This document shows, piece after piece, positions 12,246 through 22,736 of a stretch of 64,000 bases of DNA. A program made the translations under genes and the position numbers. Under the pieces are notes generated by a model. That model did no database searches. It was not told where the DNA came from and worked only from the letters and a program-made list of their open reading frames with translations. This DNA is from Pseudovirgaria hyperparasitica (taxonomy: Eukaryota): assembly GCA_010093815.1 (NCBI GenBank), contig ML996571.1; one strand, given 5' to 3'. The stretch's first letter is position 1. The number at the start of each line of letters is the position of its first letter.

Positions 12246-14039
12246 ATAGACGCGTCAACTAAACCTCCTCCTCCTCCTCCTCCTCCTCGTTAATATAAAT
12301 CTACTACTAAATTAATAGAGGCAGCTACGGCGAGGGTAATAGCGAAGAAGTAGGCTTATAAACGTACTACGGCGTCGAAAAATCCACGGATTATCGATAT
12401 TTCTACGCCTCCTAAGGCTATATCTCCTCCTTCTCCTCCTCCTCCTCCTCGTCGTTCCTCTACTCCTCCTCCTTCTACTCCTTCTACTCCTCTTGATTTA
12501 TCTTCTCCTATGAATTAAGTAAATAGTAGTTAGAATAAGGTTATAGAGGTTAAGGAGGACGTGGAGGAGACATATAAGATACACGTGTCCTAGAGATTAC
12601 GTGTTAATAGGAAGAACGAGGCGGCTAATAAACTTACTACTATTCCGCGATATACTTTTAAACGCGAGGTATATAAGGGTACTATTAATAAGATAATTAG
12701 TACGAAGCTTAATATAGATAACTAGACCTTCGAGACTTATTAGATTATATATAGTCTTAGTATAAGGAAGAAGTAGAGAAGGACACTTACTATTAATGAC
12801 TGGTCGATTATTAGCTAGGAGAGACTCTATATAGTTATAGATGATATCTACTCGCTTGCTAGTACTAAGGATAAGGTTATTATAGTTACCTTTAAGGATA
12901 GCGTGAAGTGCGAGTCGTAGGCTAAGAAACCTTAGCTATCTTAGTAACGTATTCGTCATCACGACTCTTCTACGCTATTACTAAATATAGGGCTTCGAAG
13001 TTCGCTAAATATAGAGAATCTCTAAGGGCGTGCCCGAGTAATATATAATAAGGCTTAGTAGAGGAAGGATGCCGGTCTAAAACGGATCGAGATAATTAGC
13101 TTAATAGAGGTAATCTATCGCTATATAGACGTCGGTTATAGTAATAAGCAAGGCCACTACTTTATTATTCTATTCTTATTAGGACGTCTTTATTATAAGA
13201 TTAAACACGCGTCGATAGAGCCGTAGGCATACGCTATTACTATCGGTATTACTAGCGCCTCTATTAAAGATCCTCCTATAGGTATAATAAAGTAACTTAT
13301 ATCTAAGCCCTATAAGAGAAAGTTAGTAAAGAAGCTAGATAATACTAGGTAAGTCGATATTACTACCCTCGTAGTAGAGTATAAAGCTAAGAAGCTAAAA
13401 GCAGCCCTTAATAACATCGATCGTTATAAATAGAATAAAATTAATAAGGCTAAGGAATAAGCTAAGCGTCGACGATTCGACTAGTAGATAAGGTAGACTT
13501 AGCTTTATTAGGCTAGATTTAATCCTATATTCGGAGCACGTATGCCTCTATATCCGATAACTATACCACCGCTATATATATTACCCTTACCGACTCGTGA
13601 GGTTAATAGTTAACGCCCTCGTAAGATTAATAGTTAACGCCCTCGTAAGGTTAATAGTTAACGCCCTCGTCTATCGACACTACTAGATTCGATAAATCCC
13701 GCCCCGTATAGTAGTCCTACTTAGCTAGAACTCTATTAGGCTAATATCGTTTAATTAGTACTTAAATGGCGACTAGTAAAGGAGACTTATACGAGGACGA
13801 AGGATAGAATTAGGTTACTCCGCGAGTACGCCGTTAAAAACTATTATTAGTATAGATAAGTCAAAGAGATTACTCGTCCTAGGACCGCTTATTACGAGAC
13901 GGCGAAGTCGTATAGCGTCCTATTAAGTATTATCCTAGATGCTCGTCGCTATCTTCATGAGTATAAGGGTAGTCTTAAGGTAATAGAATAGGAGGAAGCA
14001 GCGAGGGCACTCTATAGGCTTGCCTCTAGCACTATCTAA
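12246..14039 (+). pseudogene. RIP-degraded second ORF of the transposon (~598 codons, unknown function, possible Cys/His motif)
   Basis: The same frame at both ends, ATA (<ATG) 12246 to TAA 14037-14039; the stops read are TAA/TAG, explicable from CAA/CAG/TGG. Poly-Pro N-terminus, segment YRYIDVGYSNKQGHYF..YYKI...*AYAI..ASIKDPP, and C-terminal SVLLSIILDARRYLHEYK. Confidence 0.72.
13594..13670 (+). repeat. 24-bp tandem repeat x3.2 inside the transposon second ORF
   Basis: Unit CTCGT(G/A)AG(G/A)TTAATAGTTAACGCC; copies differ only by G/A; in-frame 8-codon repeat. Confidence 0.9.
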
Positions 14040-14169
14040 GTTATTTAAGTAGAGATATCGCGGTTTTCCTATAGTACACGTGTATATATAATTAATTTCA
14101 TCCTCTATATTACTATATTCAGCTATATACACGAGGGTAATATAACGTATACGCGAGGGCAACGTGATA

Positions 14170-15279
14170 TTAGTCAGTAAATATTATCGTAAAAAGTCGA
14201 CTAATATACCCAACTTCCTTAGTAAAACCTCTCTTCCTACCACGTCTAAATTACTTTAGATTATGGATAATACGTTCCCGTAGCGTTTCATTAATATACT
14301 AACTATTAGTAGTATATATAAAGAAGCGGAGAGTAAATTAATCGTAGCAGCTATCTATAAAGGCGCGGTATAAGAACTCCTTAAAGTTAACTAACTACTC
14401 ACGTGTATATAGATACTACCTTTAAATCCACGCCTTTAGTACCGCCTATACCATCTTAATAGGGTTATAATTAGGCGAATAAGGCGGTATATATCGAAGT
14501 GTATAGCTAGCTATAGTAACCATAGGAGCGACGTCGTCGTTAGTGTGAAGAGAGAGATTATCTATTACAATAACCATCGCCTAATTAGGGTACTTTTCTT
14601 ATAGGCTAGGGAATAGGTATACCTCTAGCTAGTCGATAAACTCTTCCTTATTAAAGTAACCCTTCTTAACTCTATAGGTAACGAATCTATTAATAGAGAT
14701 AGCGCCACACGCGCTGTACGTCTAGCCATAATTAATACGAGTAGATTACGTAGGTATCTCTCCACGAGGAGCCCTACCTCGCCTTCTCTACCCTATTTTC
14801 TTATTAAAGATAACCTTATTAATAAATATAAGGCGCTTAGTAGGTAACTAGGTAATATCCTCACGATAGGAGCGACGTGTAACCTTAGAGCGGTTAGAAC
14901 TAATACGCTTTAATAGCCGCTAAGTCTATCCTCGCTTTATTAACTACTTTAAGATAGTAGACGGTAAGGTTACTATCTTGAGCTCTTTATATAGCCATTT
15001 AGCCATCTTATTAAGGTATAGCTATCCCTCCTAGAGTAGGTATTCGAATAGTAGGCCTATAATATAATCGCTAAGGATAGTCTCACGACCACGCGTCTTT
15101 ATAGATTAAGGCTTATTCCGCTAACTATAGGTATCTAGGTTATACCTCACGCGCTAGACTATTAATATAGATACTTAAGACTTCTCTATAGTAATAGTAG
15201 TTAGCACGTCGTGCTCGAGGAGGAAGTTAATTCGATGATAGGTACTCGCGTCGTACGCTCTACTAGGTAGGCCCACTAT
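14170..15279 (-). pseudogene. RIP-degraded Tc1/IS630-like DD34E transposase (3' end approximate)
   Basis: Continuous frame from ATA (<ATG) 15279: HTH-like N-terminus, LIFINKVIFNKKIG*RRRGRAPRG, MVIVIDNLSLH, then exactly 34 residues from the second D to NPI-K(<E), then MV*AVLKAWI. Confidence 0.9.
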
Positions 15280-15395
15280 CTATATACGCAACTATAAGCC
15301 TAAAACACTAGAAATATATAAAATAAGGCCTATACTAACTCCTAGATGGCCTTAAAAACCTACCGAATACGTATATTCGGTAATTACGACGCGTG

Positions 15396-15511
15396 GGCGA
15401 CGAGTATACGATAAAATGCCAAAATATATCCGTCTCACGTAAATTTGGGTGGGGGAGACATCGCGCGACATGCGAGTGCCAAGCTCGTCAGGTTCTAGGA
15501 AAACGACGGAT
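15396..15511 (-). repeat. Right inverted repeat (116 bp)
   Basis: Reverse complement of 12000-12115. Confidence 0.95.
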
Positions 15512-16024
15512 TCGCCAGCGGGCGCTTAAGCTTAACTAACTCTCGCTCTCGCTCTGCACAGCCTCGTGTCGGAAGTTGCCTATATTTAGTCAGTCGTGCA
15601 GGTTTCTACAATATCCATCTCCATGCGGCCTTGCATCTAAGAGCCGCAGTGTATACTTGACAGTAGAATCGTCATTTTCGTCTTCAGAACGAGATCTTGT
15701 AGATTCTACTGGTCTTAGTCAGCTCTGCGAAGATTCACTGCACTAGTGGTGAGCATGTCGTTCCTTTCATCCTCGTCGGAGCATCTATATGCTATGAGAT
15801 AGTGGAAGTACTAATCAACGGGCTCGCTCGGCGGGAAACTCGAATCATGTGTCTTTGAGGGTCCCACCAAAGTGTGGATGGACCACGATTACGGCCCGAA
15901 TCGTCAGACATCGAGTCAGCCATTCAGAACAGAGTCTGGGCATGTCACATCCATCGTCCTGTGTTCGCTGAGAATGGATTAGTTTTGGATTGATAAATAA
16001 ATGTAGCCTGTGTATAGGCTCCCT

Positions 16025-18218
16025 TCAATCCGTTTTAATGGCGCTACGTTCTGTCAGCACTGGCGATACTGGAGCTCCAAGCGAACGACTTACCTATATA
16101 TTCTCCTCACAAATGCATAAGATGCCAGAAACCCCACTGTCCCAGTAAGAAGACTGTATAGGGCACACGCCAAAAAGCTGTAAGCAAAGAAAAGCACCCC
16201 TGACACAAAGCCAGAGACGTGCAACTTCGTCATGTAGTACCACCCGGAGTACAGGAATATCCATATTCCGCTGGAAGCTCCGACAAGAAAAGACTGCCAC
16301 CACCAATGATAGTTCTGCTTTCAGATTAACGGTTTGAGAAGTGATGCCCTGGATCTCACATACCTCCGCATTCAGCTGAACATATGTCGCCACGATGCTG
16401 ATTTCCATTACTGTAATCAAAAGGACGATCGACACTACTGTCAGAAAGCCAAACACATAGTAGTACCCGGTCTTATCTTGCCACAAACTCTTGAACACGT
16501 ATAGCAACTCAATGAAGATGACACCAAACGGAATTATACCGGCGAGTAAGATGGTACGCGCACTCGCGATGTACCAATCCGCTTTGGGTAGCTGTCGAGG
16601 AATCGCATTAGTCTTAATCGGATGGTCCCACGCCCCAACATTGTTGTACCCATACCAACCTCCTACATATACCAGAGGAAGTTGGATGAGGAGCCATAGG
16701 CAGAGTATTACAATCAAGGATCCGAAAGGAATTGCTGTGCTCGAAGCTTGAGCCCAAGCGAAGAGGTTCAAGATAAAGACAATCAAGAACAGGAGACCTG
16801 GGAGTGCTAGTCCCGTCACCAGAACATTCTTCTTCCACTGCTTGCCGCCCAAAGTCTTGTAAATCCGCGCCGAATAGTATCCCGAGAACACGCCAGCGAA
16901 AACAAACAGGCCGATACCAAAGCTGACGTACCCTCCCCGGAAGCTAGGATTTAGGACGCCAAAGCAGCTCAAGGAAAGCAATCCGATTGTCATAAATATC
17001 AGCTGAGCACCGGAACCTACAAGCGGTGCGAGGATCCCGCCATAAGCCGGTGGACGGAAGACATCGCCGTGTACTAACTTCCAGCCAGTGGTGTCCTCGA
17101 GAATCTCTTCATCGGCCTGGTCTTCCACAGCCTCCAGGTCTAAGGGTTGGCCGAGGAGTCCTTTATCTACGCCGCCATGATTCGACTTACGCTTCCCTTC
17201 GATTCCGGCCTGTATGTCCCCACGGACGGTCCGCGCAACAATCACGGCAACGACTGCTGTCAACAGCCCCAGCACAACGAGCGAGTTGATGATTGCAAAC
17301 CAATGAACTCTCGAGCTATCATCGGCGGCAAAATACATGTCCCATCGGTTTCCCCATTCCAAACTATGGTCTTCCCGGAAGTATACCGAGTACGAGAAAG
17401 GTATTGTCAAGGTCCGGTCATCAGGACCTTTCTGGTTCACTGGATCGGCTCCATTCATGACCAGTTCCATAGCCTTTCCAGTCCACATGACAGTTTCGTT
17501 ACCCCTGACTTGTCCCGTCACGCTGGCATCCACGCTTTTTGGGTAGATCTCAAACCCCACTATAACTTTTTTGCCTGCGTCCCCGTCTCGTCCTGGTGCT
17601 TTCGTATACCGAAATACCATGGTGACATGGTTGTTGAGGAAGAATCTCGGCTCAGTCTCCTTGTTATCAACCCATCCCATCTTGAATCCTGATGCATAGT
17701 ACGCTCTTGACTTATCCGTTGTTACAAAACGCGTCGCCCCCGGTAAGTTGTCCACAATCCATTCTGCAACGTAACCATCTCTTACTAATTCTATCGCTTT
17801 TTCGAGTGATGCCACGTCCACATCTCTCTTGCATAAAAGATTGAACTCATCATCCACGTTCATTCGCAAACGATAGTCTGAAAGGGATACCCTATCTCCT
17901 CGCAATATTTCTCCAAGATTCAACGATCGGGACTCTCCGCTGAGGGTGTGGCCACCACGTAATTCTTGCACAGGCGGGCAGATGAAAGGAAGTTCGGCAT
18001 ACGCATATTGAAGCTGGGTATTGTCTGAGTAGACTTTATTGACGAAAAGAGGAATGACTTCGCCGTCACCGTAGCTTTGGATCGTCCAGCCTATGGTCCT
18101 CGCGTGAGCACTGGCAATGAAGTGAAACACAGGAACATGCCATACCTGGGATGTAGAAGCTCTGGGTGAGAGTGGCAAAGCATAACAGCGATGCATAGAG
18201 CCGGGACTCCGTGCGCAT
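16025..18218 (-). CDS. Transmembrane 9 superfamily (nonaspanin/EMP70) protein, 4 exons
   Basis: ATG 18218 MRTESRLYASLLCFATLTQSFYIPG|WTIQSY; motifs SLNLGEILRGDR, WIVDNLPG, VHWFAIINS, GWKLVHGDVFRPP; after introns near 16315-16363 and 16044-16093 it reads NYHWWWQSF...RRIYSAIKTD* (KxD C-terminus). Confidence 0.93.
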
Positions 18219-20084
18219 CTTTACGCACAATTAGGCTAGATGTTCGTGCCCGATTCTTGTGTAGCCTGAAGATGAAAATGTGACATAGATCCGAATGTCG
18301 TGTAATCCAGTTTCGTAAAGACAATCAAGCAGCAGGCCCAGCTCTCCGGTGATTAGATTTAGACAACGTGCGCAAAAATGTGTCCATAGCTGAGGAAGTT
18401 CGTGATGATGCCTCCCTACCTACCCTGCAGCTGTCGCGCTGCATTTCGTGGCGCAGGTACTAACCTTAGCGTCCTTTAATCAGATCAATCCTATTTAGCT
18501 TAGAACAGCCACAGATCAAATAATACCTTCTCATAATTAATGCTTGGCCAGTACGATCCATCAAACTTCAATTTCATCGTCATGCGCACATGCTTGCTAG
18601 CTCGAATGCCATTCAAACGAAGAATCGAAATATCTATTCTCCTGTGTGCGTTGGATGTTGTGTTCTCTTATTGGCAGAAGGTGCAATAGATAGAGAGCTA
18701 AATCTCTGGGTCTCGCTCCGCATATCTGATATTGAGACTCAACGAATGCGTCCGTAGTCCGATTGTCATATTGCAGCGAACCTGATATGGCGCCAGCGCG
18801 AGACACTTCGAGGCATTCTTCCCTAGTCGTGACTTGCAAGATTATACGTAGCCCTAACCCGCCTCACATCCGGTCTTCCGTCCGGATCCATCACACTGCC
18901 ACCTAAGATACTTTTTTTCTTCGTTACTATAGCAAACGAGCACGGCGACCAGGTTGATACAAGCGCCAGTTCCGAAAATATTCATCTCGCCGCGTGTGAA
19001 TCCGTGTCAAGGTCTCAACAGCAGCCGCCTGACCGAGGCATTTAGACGGTTGTATGAACATGGAACTAGCAAAAGCAGATAATTGTCAAAGCAGAAGGGG
19101 ATGACAATGAGTCTGTTCAAGAAGAAAACATAGATTGAGCTCTCTCGTCTAGTGATACTTGTTCATCGAAAGCTTTTTTTATCAGCATCAAAGATGAACA
19201 CTAAGTGGCTATGTCTTCCGTGACATTCCATTTCCACGCTGCTGGATAGTCTCGGCGATGACAAGCTTAGGATCCGTGTCAGAACCGAGTAATAATATCT
19301 CGACTACCCATTGGTAGCGAAATTCTTTAGCGCTGTGTCAGAAAAAAACAATTCATGACCTCCTGTGAACACTCTAAAATTTCGAAAATTGACTTTTGGA
19401 ACCATGCGACCTCAAAGCAGGCAACTGTCATTCTTTGCGCGCGACTCTAGAAAGGGATTGAGTACAAAGACATGCATTTCATTACTTCATACCAGCCTAT
19501 CAATGACGAATGGAGAGTGACCAGAAACAGGTCTTTCTAGTATATGCATAGTGAGGAATTGAAAACATGGTATTACCTTCTTCGTTCTACAGATTACGGA
19601 TCAAAGTCATCATTAGAAGCATCTTGTTATAAAGAAATGTCGTTGGCTAGAACGGAAGCGCAGATACCCGAGACGTGGTAGTAAATACTATTACTTATCT
19701 AGCGAAATATAAATATGATCTAGCTGATGGATTCCTATAGGTCATCTCTCAGAAACTGAGTTGATCAGTTCTATAGGGAGATATTTAATATGATAATACC
19801 TACCTCTCTCTACTCGTCTAAAGGCATAATTCTAAAGTACGAATGATCTTAAAAAAAATCTATGCCATCATATGATTTGTGTCCGAAAAGCTGGGTGCTA
19901 CCCTCTCTATTGGTTCCATGGTAGGGGATAGAAAATATGAGATCAGAAGCCGCCTACAATATGCCTCGTAGGTTGAATTATTTGCTATCTATGCGTGAGT
20001 TTCCGAATACGGGTACGCGGCTCAGATGTGTGTCCGCCCTGATCCGTGAGTTAGGAATAGCATATGTTTCTGGTCCGGTCGCCT

Positions 20085-20092
20085 TATAAATA
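20085..20092 (+). promoter_or_regulatory. TATA box of the small secreted protein gene
   Basis: TATAAATA about 115 nt upstream of ATG 20199, followed by a CT-rich leader. Confidence 0.55.
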
Positions 20093-20198
20093 GAGGACCT
20101 CATCCACTCGTTATTCTTCCTCTTCTCCTTCCAGTACCTCCCATTCTTAACAAATCCTCTCCACCACTTATAACTCTTCACCACAATCGCACCTTACA

Positions 20199-20549
20199 AT
20201 GCTCTTCTTACTCGGCCTCATTCTCGCGGCACCTCTCAGCAGCGCTTTGCCTCAGCAGATGGAATGTGGCCCAAAAGTTGTGCCAGATACCTCTGCCTGC
20301 GCGTTATCATCATCAGGTCAATACTATATATGCCATAACGAGGTTTATGATCCGACCTGCCTCGGCTTCAGCTTGTTGTCATGGCCGTGCGAACTTGAAG
20401 GAGAAAGCGGATGTTTCAAAGACTTCTCGCGAGACCATGAAGGGGTGATCCATTTCGAATGCAGGCGACGAACCTCGAAAGATTCGCCAGAACCAAGTTT
20501 CCAAGACCTTGAGGCTTATCCCTTCCGCTGCGATAAGATTCGCCAGTAG
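20199..20549 (+). CDS. Small secreted cysteine-rich protein (116 aa, 8 Cys), effector-like
   Basis: ACAATG start context; signal peptide MLFLLGLILAAPLSSA|LP; 8 Cys; upstream TATA box. The 3' structure is uncertain because a GTAAGT donor lies at 20558. Confidence 0.7.
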   Translation: MLFLLGLILAAPLSSALPQQMECGPKVVPDTSACALSSSGQYYICHNEVYDPTCLGFSLLSWPCELEGESGCFKDFSRDHEGVIHFECRRRTSKDSPEPSFQDLEAYPFRCDKIRQ

Positions 20550-21267
20550 AACTATTGGTAAGTACATTCTTCGTTTCATGGCCTGAAGCTACTTTCTTAA
20601 TCGCTGATTAGAACCACTATCACACACTCGCTCAGAGGGGTTAATATCGATTGGGACTAAGCTGGGGAGATCTATGGCATCATGGTGTATCTCGGGCTCG
20701 TATGGCTATCGGAAATCATAGATATAGTTGGAAGCATCATTGATAATGAAGTCACAGCAAGGTCGTATGGACCAAGTATGTTCACCAGTCTGGTTTCTGT
20801 TGTTCCTCTGCAGCTAGACGCATTATTCACCAGCATGTAATCAAAAACACATGGTCATTTCATACTGCTTCTGCCTCGCTCGTGAAGATGTACCGTGAAG
20901 TGTCTATGTACTTAGATCAGTGTGGTCAATATATACATTGCTCTACCACACGACACGCTGAAGCCGATACGGGACCATACAGTTCTCGTAATGCGTATCC
21001 TTAATCGTTCACAGATGGTAACATACAGCTGAACCTGTTCGGCGATAACAATCCGCCTCAACACGCCATCCTATCCGGCCTCGATCGAAGGCCAAGGTCT
21101 AAGACTACTGATTAGGCCTAAATCTAGCTTGAAATAAGGCCTTGGGCTGTATGTGGATATATACCCATGTTACTTGATCTAACACACGAGTAGTCTAACC
21201 AATCATGATAAGATTATACTACTCTTGGCAATCTTTCTAGAGGCGTAGATTGGGCTTGTGTTCTTCA

Positions 21268-22062
21268 TCAGAATATTTGATCAAATTGAGCTTGCATGGA
21301 TTCGTATTGTATGTCCCGAAGTCTGTTTGACTCCTGATTAACCAATACATGATCTTGGAGAGCATGTATCACATCGTCCATGCAGTTGTAAATTCCAATC
21401 CAGCAGCCTTGTATTACCTCACGCAGCGGTATCCCCTTCAAGACTGGGAATTTGCCCTCAGAATACCGTTGTCGAACGTCGCACATCCGATTGGGCGAAG
21501 TTTCGAGATCATAGTGAGGAGGCCTGCCCGTTATGATTTCGTACATCGCACATCCGAATGCAAATATATCGGTTTGTGTGCTTATTGCGGGTGTGCAGAC
21601 TCGGTAGCTGAACCATTGGTAACAAGACGTAGCTTCATGTCCATCAACGCTGCTACCCTCGAAATCGATGAACTTTAGCCAGTGGTTGACAAGGATCATG
21701 TTTGGCACTCCAACATCGGCGTGTATTATACCTTTGTTATGAATGTGTTGCAACGCGACTGCAGCTTGTTGGATCCAGCGTACCTTTTGCTCGATGTCTG
21801 TTGTAACATTTTCTGCCTCACTATTCCGAATTACGTTTTGTAGAGGTTGACCTCGCTCCAGGATGAGTCCGTTGTTTTCTATCTCTAGTAGCCTCACGAC
21901 ATTTGGGTGGGGGCCGAGTCGAGAAAAGACTTGGCATTCTACATCAATACCTTCAGCGAAGTACTTCTTCAAAACTCTTCGTTCATCCAGCGCGTAAACG
22001 AGGCTGGATTTGCCGGCAGCGATACAATTGTGATTGGGATGTGGTGGGGATATTAGATCCAT
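21268..22062 (-). CDS. Compact intronless non-RD protein kinase-like protein
   Basis: IAAGKSSLVY (Gly loop), VLK, HPNVV, IIHADVGVPN (catalytic loop), DFEG, TDIFAFG, YEIITGRPP; kinase domain only. Confidence 0.85.
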   Translation of the reverse strand: MDLISPPHPNHNCIAAGKSSLVYALDERRVLKKYFAEGIDVECQVFSRLGPHPNVVRLLEIENNGLILERGQPLQNVIRNSEAENVTTDIEQKVRWIQQAAVALQHIHNKGIIHADVGVPNMILVNHWLKFIDFEGSSVDGHEATSCYQWFSYRVCTPAISTQTDIFAFGCAMYEIITGRPPHYDLETSPNRMCDVRQRYSEGKFPVLKGIPLREVIQGCWIGIYNCMDDVIHALQDHVLVNQESNRLRDIQYESMQAQFDQIF

Positions 22063-22736
22063 TCGTAGCCAAACGGGTGTAGGTAGATTGTTCGTTAATT
22101 ATATGGTTAGACGAAAGGTGGAATGAAGAAGTAGAGAGAACGATGACAATCGTGAGGTCCGAGATCCGAAAATTTGCCGAGTACTCTGCTGACGCCTGCG
22201 GCTTGGTAAAAAAAAAGTCGTGGGAATAATAGTTTTCAACTTAGCGCCCATATAAAGTAATATTACTTTATAGAATACTTTTATTCTTACTTTCTAATAC
22301 TACTAAACAATAGTCTAATCATAATTTTTAGGTACGTCATATATAATTTGTAGACAGCCAAGAAGTGCGGGTGCACCTCAGGCACAAAAAGTGGCCATCC
22401 GCGTATTTGTTGTATAATAAGGTCTGGCGGCCCTGGCCCAGTACTGTCAGCATTTCTTATCACCGGAGTATATCGAGCATCCCCATTTTCTCGAAAGCCA
22501 CGATTAGACCTAGCACCAGGTCTCTTAGTAGCCTAGCTTAGAATCTCGGTCTCACACCTACGTAGCTACCCTCAAGAAGCCTCTTAGGAGGGTACGGGTT
22601 AGGATCGGGTTAGGAGGGTTCCGGGTAGGCTATAATTAAGAGAGCGAAGGGTGCTTGCGCCCACCACTGTTGTAGGTTGTGGTTACCTATATTAATATAC
22701 ATTGTGGTAGCTGCAACAATCATGAAATCGTCTACA

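Larger units (their letters stand above)
12000..15511. mobile_element. RIP-inactivated Tc1/IS630-superfamily (DD34E) DNA transposon with two convergent genes
   Basis: 116-bp inverted repeats at both ends; interior is AT-rich, TpA-rich and depleted of CpA/TpG; the minus-strand frame shows degraded DDE_3 motifs (FINK<FIDE, VIDN, YIPPYSPNYNPIK<...PDYNPIE). Confidence 0.92.

Noticed and set aside
13935..14162. 75-aa ORF inside the AT-rich block
   Set aside because: Chance stop-free stretch in RIPed DNA where the two element genes converge.
22584..22630. GGGTTAGG motifs resembling interstitial telomere repeats
   Set aside because: Only two or three degenerate, non-tandem units; no TTAGGG array.
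18440..22670. Possible terminal inverted repeats around the secreted-protein/kinase island
   Set aside because: Only short patchy similarity; no convincing TIR or target-site duplication.
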